Assembly (NCBI GenBank): GCA_964016885.1
Contig: OZ024742.1
Span: 145,390,001 to 145,454,000, forward strand
Direction of reading: 5' to 3'
DNA length: 64,000 bases
From: Eledone cirrhosa
Lineage: Eukaryota
Part shown: piece by piece, positions 48,505 through 62,300 of the stretch
How positions within the stretch are numbered: the stretch's first letter is position 1
Layout of the letters: every line of letters starts with the position of its first letter
The notes under the pieces: generated by a model
What the model was told of the DNA's origin: nothing
Seen by the model: only the letters and a program-made list of their open reading frames with translations
Databases searched by the model: none
Made by a program: the position numbers and the translations under genes

Positions 48505-49557
48505 TAGGAAAATGTATGACCCCGACTGCAGAGCTCAAGCCATTTCGACGGCTATTTCTGGACTAAATTAGAATTTTTAGCCTGGTAAATAAATAACCGA
48601 ACTTTTTAAGGGGTACTTCCTTATATGGGAAGATTGTAGTTGTCAAGAGGATTGGTCAAAATTTCTTGTAAACACAATTAAGTCTATCATGGCAGTGGGT
48701 GGAAGGTGGGGGTGGCTGAACTTGCCTGTAGAACAATGAGGGAGTGGGTGGAGCCGGTCAAGCGTTGAAAGTGAAATCTATACAGCAAATTCTAAGGATT
48801 GTGTATGAAACTAGGCCAGAGGAAGTAGGCGAAAAAGGATTCTGGAGAAAATAGAGAAGGGACGTTATAGAATAGGTAAATCAATTGAGATTAGGAGATA
48901 ATAAAAAAAAATTTTAAAAATAAGAGAAGAAAATATAAAAATATAAAATTGGATAGTAAGAAGTGATAAAAAAAACTGTAGAGTCTAAAACAGCTGCTAT
49001 ATTTAGTTGGTGTTGCGTTTTCGGCCAATGCTATAGAATAGGTTAATAATTTGAGAATAGAAGATACTAAATAAGAATTTTTGAAATTATAGAATTGGGT
49101 AGTAAAAAGTAATACAAAATCTCTGGGGTCTAACACAGCTGCTATAATTAGTTTGTATTGCGTTTTCGGCCAATGCTATCTTTAATTTACTGGGGTGGCG
49201 GTACTGAGGCTACAGAGGCCCGATGAGTTGCCTCGGGGTAGGCGAAAGGAGAAAAAGGAAGAGGAAGAAGATAGGGAGTGGAAGGAAGTGATGGGAGGAA
49301 ACAAAGGGAAGAAGAAAACAGAAAGGAAAAGAAAAGAGGTACATCTACCTATGTAAGCTGGGGTTTCCCCTATCTTATTCGGCAAGTGGGATGCTGCAGC
49401 CATTGTCTACCCACCCGGTTTACGAAGGACCAACTCCTAAACAAAAAAGACGAACTGGTAACTGCATGCAAACACCGATTGCGTAGGAATTACCTCGCCC
49501 TCAAACCCTCTAATGACCCGGGTGGGTAGACAATGGCTGCAGCATCCCACTTGCCGA
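48505..49557. mobile_element. Penelope-like remnant with inverted 3' segment
   Basis: Perfect 40 bp inverted repeat (49379-49418 / 49518-49557) around LLNKKDELVTACKH, resembling the PLE C-terminal LLNKRSEL..KCRH motif. Confidence 0.65.
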
Positions 49558-49619
49558 GTTTTTCTCCATAAATTATATCACTGATTTAAAATCAATCATC
49601 CTTTTCTTACAAAAAAAAA

Positions 49620-49656
49620 TGTGTGTAACGCAGGAATGCGCGGGTAATTCGGCTAG
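49620..49656 (+). mobile_element. Helitron-like 3' terminus
   Basis: Hairpin cgcaggaatgcg followed after about 13 nt by CTAG|T. Confidence 0.55.
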
Positions 49657-49679
49657 TTATATATATATAATCGATCGAC

Positions 49680-49872
49680 TTTCGTCAAATCGGACCGAGG
49701 AAACAATGTTTCCGTTGGTCTTTCCAGTTGCTAGTACTATCTATCCAAGTAGAAGGAGCAACGTGAAATAAAGTGTCTTGCTCAAGGACATAACGCATCG
49801 CCTGGTCCAGGAATCGAACTCACAACCTCAAGATTGTGAATCCAATTCTCTAACCACTCAGCCACACGCCTT
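49680..49872 (-). mobile_element. tRNA-derived SINE (family 2)
   Basis: Minus strand tggctgagtgg A box, gagttcgattcc B box, gtccttgagcaagacactt. Confidence 0.8.
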
Positions 49873-50329
49873 CACATATAATTTATGGAGAAAAACTCTG
49901 CATTTCAATATTACTCAATGTAAAATGTAATGCATGAAAAATTGGAAAACATTATCGGTAGAGGGTCGGACGTCATGCTTTCCAGCATAGTTACGTCCCT
50001 TTACGATCTGAGTTCAAATCCCGCTGAGGTTGACTTTGCCTTTCATCCTTACGGGGTCGATAAAATAAAGTACCAGTAATGCACTGGGTATTTGCTGGCC
50101 TTGTGCCTAAAGTAGAAACAATTATTTTTTGTAATATATTAAATCAAAATTACATTATTAAATCTTATTCTTATTTTGTTTCTTGTAAATAATTTTTTTC
50201 AAAATATCAATTCAAACTTGATCATTTCATTTTTGTATAAAGCATTATTTTCAAATTAGAAATTCAAAGTTTAATTATTTATTTTTTAACATAATAAATA
50301 CATGAAAATATATTTCATACTTTCTCCTA

Positions 50330-50562
50330 ATGAAGAACTTCAGGGTAAACAACATTTCTTGATTGGCTAAAATGTGGAGATTTTTTGAAGTTCCAGTCTT
50401 TGAAACAGCCACATAAAACATGCCATGACTGAAACATGGGTTTGTCAGATCTATACCAATAGTTTTGAAAGTTTGACCTTGACTCTTATTGATGCTCATG
50501 GCAAAGCATGGCAAAGCATGGCCTCACTGGGAACTGCAGCCTCTTAAATGTAAAGGCGGGAA
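50330..50562 (-). pseudogene. Helitron RepHel PIF1-like helicase C-terminal remnant
   Basis: PAFTFKRLQFPVRPCFAM(PCFAM)SINKSQGQTF..IGIDL.NPCFSHGMFYVAVSK. Confidence 0.88.
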
Positions 50563-50689
50563 ATTCCAACTGTGACCGTTTTTGTTTGTTTCTTTTGTTG
50601 CTTATTTGCATATTTAGTCGATTTCCAAGTTGTATTTCCTCAGAGTTAGTCCCTATTACAAATCCTGTCGTCTCTCTTAATATTCAGTG

Positions 50690-51555
50690 AGCTTGAGGAT
50701 TTGGTCAATGTCAGATTCTCTTCAGAGTCCTGTAACCAGGCTACTTTGCCAAAACAGTTTGGAGGTTTCATCTGCGTAAATGCTCGTTTTTTCTCTACTT
50801 TGCTTTCTTTTCTCGATCCACGCTTGCTCCTCTTTAGTGGGTGACATCCTCTCCTTTCCAACATGGACTAGTTCCACCGGGGAGGTGGCTGAAACTTTAA
50901 TACAGTGGAAAGAGTTGGGTTTGTCAGTTCCCGATACTGATGAAGATACACGGAAGCAGAGAGTATGGGACAATCTGCATTCGAACAAAACTTTAAACTG
51001 TCTTTGATCATTCTGATCAATTTTTTAGATACTCTTACTTTCTGTAAGCACAATGTTCTCGGGGAACTGGATTGATGCCCTGTCTGTGACCAACATTGTG
51101 GTCCTCTAAGTCAAGACGAGCTCTGCATTTCCATTGCACTCAGGGTGGGAGCCGATGTCTGTGGGAATCTGAGATGTCGCTGTGGTAGGTCTCTCGGAAA
51201 TACCAGGAACTATCAAACAATTATTTTTTCCACCATGTGACATTTGAGACGTTTGGCGGAGTTGCGCTATTCACAGCGAAGTTCTTGTCATCGTTGGCAG
51301 CTCGCCTTATCGAGGTGTTGGGTGGTGTTCATGAGGTTGCCTAGTTGTTTCAGCGCCTTAGCCACGTCATCGCCCATGGTAATGCTGCGAGCTGTTGGCT
51401 TGTCTCAAAATATTCTGTTGACCTGTGTAATGTACAGCTGATTGTTGCACTTGGTGGTGAATTGGTGGTCGTTTTTGTTTTTATTTCCTTTTTTTTCTTT
51501 CTCTCGCTTTGGTCATATATTTTGGTGCGTTATATTAGTGAGGTTCCTAGTATTA
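50690..51555 (+). mobile_element. CRE-like LINE fragment (family B)
   Basis: Homologous to 51780-52900 (LVNVRFS.ES..QATLPKQFGG, WKELGLSVP..ED.RKQRVWD, LFQRLSHVIAHGNAAS). Confidence 0.8.
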
Positions 51556-51649
51556 GTTAATTGTTTTTATTATATGCGTTTATATTTTCATTCTTAAAGA
51601 ATTGTGAACAATTTGTCATGTTATTTATACAACTGTTGATAAAGCCTGT

Positions 51650-52922
51650 TCCACATTGTCCAATGTAGGTTTCTTCATACTCAGGAACTACCTGTCTATT
51701 CCTAAGCTTCTGTATCTGCTCAGGGTCAGCCCCTCTCACAGATTTCCGTCCTGCCTCCAACGCTTCGACGACCTAATCTTCGAGAGACTCGAGTGTCTGG
51801 TAAATGTTAGACTCTCTCCGGAGTCCCGCGATCAGGCTGCGTTGCCCAAGCGATTTGGGTGTCTTGGTCTTCGTAAGTGTTCGTCCCTCTCTCTCCCCTG
51901 CTTCCTTTCCTCCACCCACGCTTTCTCCACCCTGGTGAGCAGCATCCTCTCCTCTCCAACATGGACTAGTTCCAACAGGGAGTTGGGTGAAGCTCTCCAG
52001 CGATGGAGTGAGTTGGGATTGTCTCTTCCTGAGAAGGTGGAGGACAGTCGAAGTCAGAGAGCTTGGGACAGCATAAGTTCGAAGGCCACCTTCCACTCCC
52101 TCTTCGTCCAGTCAGATCAGTTTGCAAGGTGCCGCTTACTATCTGCCAGCGCCAAATACTCAGGCGACTGGGTCGATGCCCTACCCGTGGCCAACGTTGG
52201 TGGCCTACTCAGCCTGGACGAACTTCGTGTCTCCATCCGCTTCAGAGTGGGAGCTGACGTCTGCATGGGTTTGAGGTGCCGATGCGGCAAACTCCTCGAC
52301 TCTACAGGCCTCCACGGTCTTTCTTGCCGCCTGAATGCCGGCCGCTTCGCGCGTCACACGGAGCTTATCCTCATTCTGAAGAGAGCTTTGGCCCGGGCGA
52401 ATATCCCCTCAGTCTTGAACCATCTGGGTTGTCCAGAAATGACGGTAAAAGTACCCTGTGCCCCTGGTCGAGAAGCAGGTGCCTTGTCGGGGACGTCACT
52501 GTTAGTGACTCTTTTGCTCTTTCCCACATCCTGGATGCTGCGGTTAGGACGAGAGCCACAGCTTCTGCAGCCGAGCGGAGTAACACCCTAAAATACTCTG
52601 ATCTGTCGGCCAGCTACATTTTTCAGCCTGTGGCTTTCGAGACGTTTGGGGGGGGGGGGAGTCGGACCACTGACTGCGAGGTTCCTTTCCTCACTGGCGG
52701 CTCGCCTAATAGAGGTGACTGGCGAATCTCGCGAGGGTGCTTGGCTGTTTCAGCGCATCAGCCTCGCCATCACCCGAGGCAACTCTGCGAGTGTGCTGGC
52801 TTGCCTAAAAAATCATTAGAGAGGTTGCCCAGTACTCGCGATGTTGCTGTCTTTTGCTCTGGTGTTGGCTCCGTTGTTCACCCCTTTCTTTACATTTTCT
52901 TTAATATAAAAAATAATAATGA
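51650..52922 (+). mobile_element. CRE-like LINE 3' portion (family B), best preserved copy
   Basis: 311 aa ORF (FFILRNYLSIPKLLYLLR...SGDWVDALP...CRCG...GLHGLSC...RH), then LEPSGLSRNDGK...PWSRSRCLVGDVTVSDS...KYSDL..YIFQPVAFETFG, WLFQRISLAITRGNSASV. Confidence 0.9.
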
Positions 52923-52924
52923 AA

Positions 52925-53310
52925 TTATTGTGTAAAGTGCTCAGGTGCACTACAACTCGTCAATATAGTACATAGAATAATACACAAATGCCAGGGAAGT
53001 ACATGTTTGTATGTGTTAGCTGTAGTGTTGGCGGATCTCGGGAAGCATGGAGGCCTTAAAGGATGCAGTGTCTCGACAGCTAACAACTGATGCAGGTAGT
53101 TTGTTCCATGCTTCAGCAACTCTGAGCGTGAAAAAATGTTTCCGAAAGTCATGGGAACTGTGCTGTTTTGTTACTTTGTGGGCATGTCCACGTGTGTTAG
53201 ACACATGGAAATCGAAAAGGCACTCAGGGTTGTTGTTGGCAACATGGTTAACAATTTTGTGGGTGTTTACCAAGTCAGTTGCCAGGCGTCGGAGCTTCAA
53301 TGAAATATTG
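52925..53310 (-). mobile_element. CR1-type LINE 3' fragment
   Basis: LRRLATDL...KI...TRGH..K...RKHFFTLRVAEAWNKLP...SFK. Confidence 0.85.
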
Positions 53311-54959
53311 TAGCATTGAAGGAATATATCTTTCCTTGTATCATCCTTTGTAGTGTTACCGAGGCATTTGTAATGTTATTTATGTATATATTTAAAACAT
53401 ATTTGTTATGTTATTCTACTGTAAATTTATTTATATGCTCTGTTTATATTTCCATTCTGAAGGAATTGCAAACGATTTGTAATGTTGTTTTCTTTTTATA
53501 AGGTAGATGTAATTTGAGTAAGATTTGACTATTATTTCTAGCCGACAATACAATTGCCTAGAGGCTCCTTCGTTGGTGAGGATACATAACTCATTTTGTC
53601 AGAGAGGGCTTAACGGTTAAACATTTTGGAATAAAACTATTTTGCAAAATTTATTATTTATAAATAACATTTATTGTTGATTAAACTAAGACAGAACAGC
53701 GTGTGTACACATGTTGATAATTTTAAACGATTTAATTCACCTTTCAATGTTCCGGGGTCGATAACCTAAGTACCAGTTAGGTACTTGAGGTCCATCTAAT
53801 CGACTCAAAAGTTGAGGCTTTGTGCTTCTGTTTAAAATCAATTTTTAATTTTATTTTCATCTATTGTCTTCGTTGGAAAGTTACTTCCCCTGAAAAATAG
53901 TTATCTCCCTTAGTTTTGCCTATAATTCTTTTATAGTATCCAAAATGGCGAAGGAACCCTTGGTGAACAACTTTGAAGTACCATCCTGGTTAGTAGATAG
54001 CCTTCTTCTTCGTTTTACTTCGTCATAGCGATGCTGCATTAGAGTTGTTGCAAAACATTCTGCGTTGTGAGGAACTCTATTTACATGCTTGCTGAATACG
54101 TTTCTTGTTCAACACATTTACCGGTCATTCAACAACTTGTATATGCATATGTATGTTTGTGTATACACAGTTACTCTCTTATATATATATACTTATGTGC
54201 GTGCATAGTGGTGTCTTGAATTATTATTGATCGCTCTGTTAGATCTCTGTTATGATACTCTCTATATTGTATACACTTCAAACATACATGCAACGTAAAG
54301 ATGTACATGTTCCCGCTTGTTTTCTTCTATTAATAACTTCAGTGAAATATGTGTGGCCAGTTCTACCCTATAATGTTTGTTTACACTCACTCGGTACGAA
54401 CTTCTCCAATCGCCAGCAGATGCTCGATTATTTCCTGATTTGGGGGCAAGCATCTGTCTCAACTCCTTTCACTCTGATATAATTATCTTCCATGACTTCG
54501 GTGATTTTAATGCATACAACTTCTCTGGGCTCTGGTGCACAGAGATCGCATCGTTTGGTAGTCTGTATTATCTTGTCGTTAGTCCTTGTTATTTACTCGT
54601 ATCCCTTGACCGATACACTTTCCAACTTTCCTCACTGCCAAACGCAACCATACCTATGCCCCATCGTATCACCTAACCAGTACCTAAACCAAGAAAACAC
54701 GCCAGATCTTACAACATTACTCCATGTATATATGAAAATGCTATGCTGCTCAGTCCAAGAAAACTAAGCGGGTAACGGAAACCACTTTCCTCAATATGTC
54801 CTTTTCATTCCTCACACAGCCACAACCACAACCTTAAAAGATACTTAGTGGGTTACTCACTCTTGCAAAGCTGAAGAATACTGCTTACAAATCCCAGATG
54901 AAGTTTATAATCACATTTGAAGTGCTTAACCACCATCACAATGCCTACCAAAAGCAAAA

Positions 54960-56216
54960 TATGTTTCCATGCGTTGTGAGGCCTGAATGTTCCCTTGTCT
55001 TATAGATTTTAGGAAACTAGGAGTAGGTAAGTGGCTTGTAAGGGTTATACAAGCCATGTACAGAAGTGCAGTCTGCAAAGTGAAAGTTAACAATGAGTAC
55101 AATGTACAAATGGGAGTCCACCAAAGCTCTGTCCTCAGTCTCTTCTTGTTTATTATAGTCCTCTAGGGCATAGCAGAGGAGTTTAAGACTGACTGCTTAT
55201 GGGAACCCCTGTATTTAAATGACCTAGTTCTCATAGCTGAATCTGCAAAGGAACTAGAAAATAAATTCCAGTCTTGAAAGATCTGGAATCAAAGGCCTCA
55301 AAGTCAGCTTAGCTTAGACCAAAGTCCTAGTAAGTAGGGAAAATGACAGGGTCTTGATTCCATCAGGGAAATGGCCATGCTCAATATGCAAAAAAGGATC
55401 CAAATAGAAATTCCATACAATGTACAAAATGTAATCAATAGTTACACAAGAGATGTATTGGTATTTTGAGCAGATTAACAAGGCTACATATGTGGTAGGT
55501 GCCCTGGAGCAATAAGCAGCAAGCACTCCCATAAAATAAACACTATCAAATGCTTACTAGGCTCTCTAGAAGTAGTTGACAGCTTAATTAGCAGTAGCAG
55601 TAGTTCTGAAAGTACAATGACAAGAGGGAGAACTAGGTGGGAAATATTTAGGGACCTGCTATCCCTGCTGACTATTCAGGGTTTCTTTCTCATGAGGAAA
55701 GGCATAGTATATGATACCTGTGTGTGTGTGGACTGCAATGCTGCATGGAAGAGAGACTTGAGCCCTGAATACAAGATTGGAAAGAATAAAGTGAGCATGC
55801 TTCAATGCATGTGTAATAAGCAGTGTATGTGAACAATGAAGCATTAGCAAACTAATAAAAATCGAGCATAAGAATGATTAGATACAGTCTACTAGAGCAA
55901 GGGTTCTCAACGGGGGGCATATGTCCCCCCACCCACCCACCACCCCGGGGGGGGGCGTTTCTGCCCTCGGGGGGGGGGGGTGAATATTGAGGGGCGCTGG
56001 AAGCCCCTTTAGTTTGGTAAGTTTTATAAGTCATATTTGTACGTCTCTTAGACAGCCAGTGTGAATCCATTTGAATGAAGAAAACGAAGAAAATAAATAA
56101 AAGAAGCTTGTCAAAGAACTCCCTAGGGAGATCAAAGAAAATGAACATAAGGTCGTCAACTTTGACAACAGTTACAAGAACAACTTCAACAGCAATGGTA
56201 ATACACACACATGCAT

Positions 56217-56247
<31 letters not shown>

Positions 56248-56960
56248 GGCCTGCGTTAGTGTTTGATGATGTTGAGAACCAGAGCTGTGGTATTTAATCT
56301 TAATCTCCCTAGGTAATAAAATCTGGAGACAGAATTTTCTCTGTACCCCAAAAAAAAAACATAAATAATCATGTCAACATCCTTACACATTTAAATATAA
56401 ATGCACGTATATATACAAATGTATAAATGCATAGCTATATACATACGTAAATGTATGTATGTATATATATGTGTGTGTGTGTATATATATATGTATATGT
56501 GTGTGTGTGTGTATAATATATATATATAATACACACACATATATATATGGGGTTATTTGGCGTTGTTGAGAAGAGCAGTGCCCTTTGACCTGGCAATAAA
56601 AACTGGAGACAAATTCTTTCTGTACCAAAACCAAGGCACACACACACAAGTTTGTGTGTGTGTATCTATTTATATATATATAAGGGATACAGATATGGCT
56701 TTCTCACTGTCTCCAAGCTTCTCAATTCATTTGTTGCTACTAAGTAGTTTATTTTGCTACGAGGTATATTATTTTGCAAGGTACTATTTTTCCCCTGAGT
56801 TTGTGATTTCAGAGAAAGGTAAGAAATACTTCATATTTTGCATCTTTTGTATTTTGACTTTACAGTTTCAATTGTAGAATTGTCTATCCACTCAAAATAT
56901 TACAACAGCTAACAGTGAAATATAGAATTTAAAAAAAAAACTTTTTCAACTGAGATCAAA

Positions 56961-56991
<31 letters not shown>

Positions 56992-57427
56992 TTTGAAATA
57001 GCTTGCTTTTGTTTTGGACTGAAACTTTTTGTATTTAATTTGTGCCGAGTATTTTTTAAAGATTCTAAGATAACTTTATTTGGCCCAGTAATCTACTGAT
57101 ATCAAAATCAGTAGTATATTGAAAAATGAAAAAATAGGGAGGGGGGGTCATGATTTCGAGGGACAAAAGGGGGCGTTTGGCCGAAATGGGTTGAGAACCT
57201 TTGTACTAGAGAGAAGACTACACATGTGATACACTTTGAGAATGACACCTGCAAATAGTGGAAATTGTGAATGTGGTAGACCAAGGAAAACTTGGGATGA
57301 AGTGGTAAAGGCTGACGTCACAAAGCTGAACCTTATGAAAATGACACAGGATCAAGTCAACTGGTGATAGGTTGTGTTACAGAACCCATGCTAGCGTGGA
57401 AGATGGACGTTAAACGATGATGATGAA
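54960..57427 (+). mobile_element. RTE-type LINE, decayed, interrupted by a hAT MITE
   Basis: RKLGVGKWLVRVIQAMY...GVHQSSVLSLFLFIIVL...LYLNDLVLIAES; 3' end GRPRKTWDEVVK and tail ggacgttaaacgatgatgatg. Confidence 0.8.
55898..57203. mobile_element. Non-autonomous hAT (Buster-type) element
   Basis: TIRs caagggttctcaac / gttgagaacctttg; perfect 8 bp TSD TACTAGAG (55890-55897 and 57204-57211). Confidence 0.93.
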
Positions 57428-58099
57428 GATTCACCTTCCCACTTGAACAGGATGAAACAAGTATGGAGATAAATGGTGATAAAAAGCAGAGAGGTGTAGT
57501 GATATTCAGGTTCCCATTCCACTACCAAATATGCCCCCTTCCATCTCCCTACCTTATTATCTAACATCATCCTTCTCACACACATGATCTGCACCCTCTT
57601 CTCTTCCACTACCTTAGTCTTCCTGCCCATTCACATCCCTGAGTCCTCCTTTCCTCTCCAAATCATGCGACCCTGAAAAAACGGATGTACCCTCACAGTG
57701 TACTACCAGTAGTCATTCTCTCTGTCACTTAACAGTATGTAGGTTCCCTTTCCTTAGCAATATGATTCCTCCATCTCCCTCATGTCACTATCTAACCTCC
57801 CAGTCTTTTTCTCCTACACACATACTTGATCTCCTTTTCTGCCACCTTAATATTTTCCTCCTCCCTGTTCTTCTGTTCCTAGTTCAACCATACCAGTATA
57901 GAAAGTTGGGTGCGTGCACCCTACAATGTACTGCCAGAGGCCACCTTGACCTCTCCCCTCCTCCTACGGCAAGCAACTGGTTGCTCCTTGCTCTGTTCCA
58001 CACCTCACACCCCTAGCCCTATCAATGCCTCCCCACACTGGCCAAGGACACAACGATCCCCTAATGTTGAAAATGGTAATGCTAATGCCACAATAAATG

Positions 58100-60735
58100 C
58101 ACCCAGTACACACTGAAGTGGTTGTCATTGGGATGGGTATCCAGTCATAGAAGCCATGCCAAAATGCCGTCATCTAACATGTCTGGCCTCAGAACGTGAC
58201 AAAAAATCTAACCCATGTGAGCATGGAAAATAGACTTAAAACAGTCATAAATTCCAGTCTTAAATAAAATTTCTCACAAGCTCTTTCTTCACTTCCTATT
58301 TCTCATTAACATGTATACAGTTGTCTATCGTTATAATTTTGATGATATACCTACCATTACCCTCACTGCCAGATGTAGACTTGGAGAAGCTCTAAGCTTT
58401 ATAAAGCTTGGAGGCAGACCTTTTGATAAATTTGCCCTAAGCTGTCACTTATTTAGCATAAGCCTAAATTTGGCACTTGATTACTCTCAAACAAGACACT
58501 CCAGAGCTAGCTTCTATCCTCACCAAATTCTTCAAGGGATTTAATACAATCTGTGGAAGGGCATCCAGCCATAGAAAGCTTGCCAAACAAAGGGTTGGAA
58601 GGACCTTTTAGTTGTGTCAAAGTCATGACCACCTCTCTTGTGCTGGTGCACTCATTAGAATGTAAAACTGTTCAAAAGCGAAATGCAGATCCATAACCTG
58701 ACTGAGGTCAGAAGCCCCACTTCAGTACTGACATGGTCTATGAAGACCCATCTAACTCTTGCTCGCAGGGAAAGCAAAAGTTAAATGATGATGATGATAT
58801 GCAGATGTTGTGTGCAGTAGAGAAGACTGCATTGGTGTGGACGTGTGATGTGCATAGATAATGATTATTAGATGTAGAATTGCCAAAAAATCCAAGTTGA
58901 AGGAAGCCACAGTAGAGGATGAACAGTGGTGAGAGCTGATCTCAAATCACTGAATCTCACTAGAAATGACAAAGGATCACAAGTGGAGAGATGATGCACT
59001 GAAAAGGACCCATCCAACTCATGCAAGCATAGAAAAGCATTTGTAAAATGATGATGATGATATGGAAATGTGATGGCATGTCTTATTTTCAAGAAGGGTA
59101 ATCTCTGACTCCATCAATTACTGTCATATCATCTAAAAAGTGGTGAAAGCTACTATAAACAACTATCACCATCATCATTGTTGAGTCTTTCCCTTCTCAA
59201 TGACGACCTGCTAGACTTCATATGATGATTTCTCATTGGTGATATCATATATATTACATTGCCAAATCTGCACTCCAAACACTAGACTCCCATTTCATTG
59301 TCAGATATACTTCATCTCTGAACAGTTGCTGAACCTCATAAAGAGTAAGAGCATTGCTCATGTATCTGGGAACAATGCTACTACAAACACAAAATTCTAG
59401 ATTGTATAGAAAAAAAAATAACATTAAACAAACCATTCAGCTGATTGGCAAAGACTCACTCATAAAGAATTCTACTCTAAATTATCACACTGATGTGGTA
59501 CGTCTATTTGCCTCTTCTCATAGTGTCAAACATGAAATTATGTATTTTCACCCATCAATGATAGATCAGTCAATTATATAGGAGAATAATATGAGGGTGC
59601 TGGATTGGATTAATGATAGTTTTTTAGGTCTTCTTGATCTGCTTATATGGAGATTGTAGTTTGTGAATTGTGAAATCTAATAAAACTCATATGAAATTTA
59701 TCTAATTTATTATTATTAAATTGATTACATACTTATTTCTAGATGTATCTGTTATTATAGTAAAGGAAGGTTAATTCTCTTCCATATCAACCGTATCATC
59801 ATCACCGTTTTACATCCATTCTTCCACGCTAGCATGGGTTAGATGCGTTATCCTGTTGTGGGCAATGCCAGGTCGGGTGACCATGTCTTTCCCATACGGG
59901 AACTGATTTTGGCTCGATTTCTACAGCTGGATGCCCTTCCTAACACCAACCTCATTTACAATGAGTGCTGGGTGCTTTTTTACCGTGGTGCCTACACAAC
60001 CACTTTACAGTGTGGACTGGGTGCTTTTTTTGTACTCTGTAAGAGCATAATATAAAATAATTCAATTCTAATAAAAAATTATATGTAATTTCTACTTCAC
60101 TTTTGATAGTTTAGTTAAAGATTAACCTGTTGTGACCATAGTGATAGTACAGTAATTTTTAAAAAATTATTATTTGGTCCATTAAATCTGAAATCTGTAA
60201 AACTGGGGTCTGTTAAACTGAAGGTTTACTGTATATACACCCCAAACCACCACCCTTTCTCTGTAAAGTTATGTTGGTACCACAACATCCAGTCCAAAAT
60301 AAATGGTTGTGTAGGTGTCACGACAAAAAAACACACAGTCCATACTGTAATGTGGCCGTGTAGGTAACACGGTAAAAACCTCCCAGTCCACACTGTAAAT
60401 GTGGTTGGTGTTAGGAAGGGTATCCAGCCGTAGAAAACCTGCCATACAGTCCTATACGAGCGAGACACGGTCACCCGACCAATCTTGCCTCAAGTGGGAC
60501 AATTCCCGTCTAACCCATGCTAGCGTGGAAGATAGATATGATGATGATATATGTGTGTGTGTATATATATATAACCAGTCTACCCTATAAGGTGGTCACA
60601 TTTGTGCGATGATAAAAAGCACTCAATCCACCCTGTAAGATGGTTGTGCTAATGACACAGCAAAACAAAACTAGTCCACCATGTAAGGTGGTTGGCATTA
60701 GGAATGACATTCAGCTGTAGAAAACCAGACTAAAA
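58100..60735. mobile_element. Cluster of decayed SINE/RTE-tail fragments (ggttggtgttaggaagggcatccagccgtagaaa family)
   Basis: The motif recurs at ~58120, 58555, 59920 (-), 60402 and 60690, often with a cccatgctagcgtggaag...(gat)n tail shared with the RTE 3' end. Confidence 0.65.
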
Positions 60736-61079
60736 TGGATCATGTGAGCAAGATGTAGTCACCTGACCTGTTTGGCCTCATAGTGTGACAGTTTGTCTAA
60801 CCCAACAGTCTCAAATTCATGGCCTGTGTAATATATATATAAGATTGGACATTTATTGACATAAGGAAGTAAAATTGTTTGAAATAAGACTGAAATTTGT
60901 TTGGTGTTGTCTTTAGTATGTATCAGGAAAATGGAAATATCAATCATTGATTAATATTGTTTTTTTTCCACCCATCACATTTATTTTTATTTAATTCTTA
61001 AATGCTACCTGCATTAATTTTGTAATGTTACCTTACATATTGTTTTTCACTTGTATTCCTTTGTTATTTTCTTTATGAT

Positions 61080-62300
61080 GTTAATCAGCCTGAGATCAGC
61101 TTTCACCACTTGTACCCATGTCTGCCTTGGTCTTCCTATTCTGCAGCTTTCCTCCACTTTACTCAACTATCATCATTCATATGTATTATATGCCTGTACC
61201 AGTGCAGTCTTCTCTCTTGCATGCAATAGCCACTCCTCTTACACCAGATAGAATCAGCAATGGAAAGACTAATGAAAACATTGTTTTCTTGGTCTTCTCT
61301 AATGACCAATTTCTTTCCTTTTCCTTGTTCCTGAATTGTTTAATCTTATGTTTTATATGTTAAAATTTTGGTATTGCATTGATGCATGCCCCTAGACAAA
61401 TTATATTATTCTTTGACTTGCAACCAGATTAGGGTTTCTTAAAATTTAGTTTTATTAATTGCTGAAGCCGAGCTAATCCTGTTGTTGGGCCTACTTGGAG
61501 TGGTCCCTTTCTCTTATGCATTCTCATTGTTCAGCAACCTCTCTTAGTTTTGCAATCTAGTACACCTCGTACCTCTGATCCTCTTGTTGCAGAACATTGG
61601 CAAGCTTCTTACTTTCTGCTTCTCTTCTTGGTAAGTATATTTCATAGCTAGCTTCTCTTCATGTTACCTTATATCGTGTGTGTATCTGAGGTTAATCTGA
61701 GTATGGGTGTTGCTCTCACTATCGAGTTTGAGTAACTCTCTAAAGTAGTCCTCCATCCCTGCCTGACTTTGTTGTCCTCATAGAAAGAATTGCCATATCA
61801 GTTATTTATCATGAAAGTAGAGTTAAAAGGTTCATCTCTTTGTTGCCTGGCTTTGACACTTCTGTGACGATTACTTGCAGAGTTCACTCAACTCCTCTCC
61901 ATAGCTGTTCCAGGAGGCATCCTTTGGAGGGTTTCTCTGAAGACGTGTCACTTCATCTGCTGTCATGTTAATAGTATCCTCATTCTCCAGTCTCTCTGTG
62001 ACACTCCTCCGAGTATCTGCTGAGATGTCTATGCTCCTCTGGAATTTGTACAAATAAATATTCCTCTAGTGCTGTCTTCTTTCATGGTTTTCTTTTTAGT
62101 GATCCACATCACAGCTGAATTACCCATAACTGAAAGGTTTTGCTGGAATATAAACTCATACCACAAATGTTTCCACATTACTATTTTATCTAGCCAAGTT
62201 CATTTTCCTTATCTATTTTCATGTTGTTTTCTATTTCATTCACCCATTTCCTTCTTTCTTTGTTTTCTGGAGTAATTTGTCATCCACTGCTTGACAACAG
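61080..62300 (-). mobile_element. Highly decayed RTE-type LINE remnants
   Basis: Minus strand KKLANVLQQEDQRYEVY.IAK and GRPRQTWVQVVKADLR, with many stops. Confidence 0.55.

Noticed and set aside
49218-49250. CCGATGA...gcct/aggc-GAAA on the plus strand
   Set aside because: Core mismatch and no stem III or cleavage triplet after GAAA.
61871-62053. Possible host-gene exon
   Set aside because: Lies within stop-riddled RTE-like sequence with no convincing splice context.
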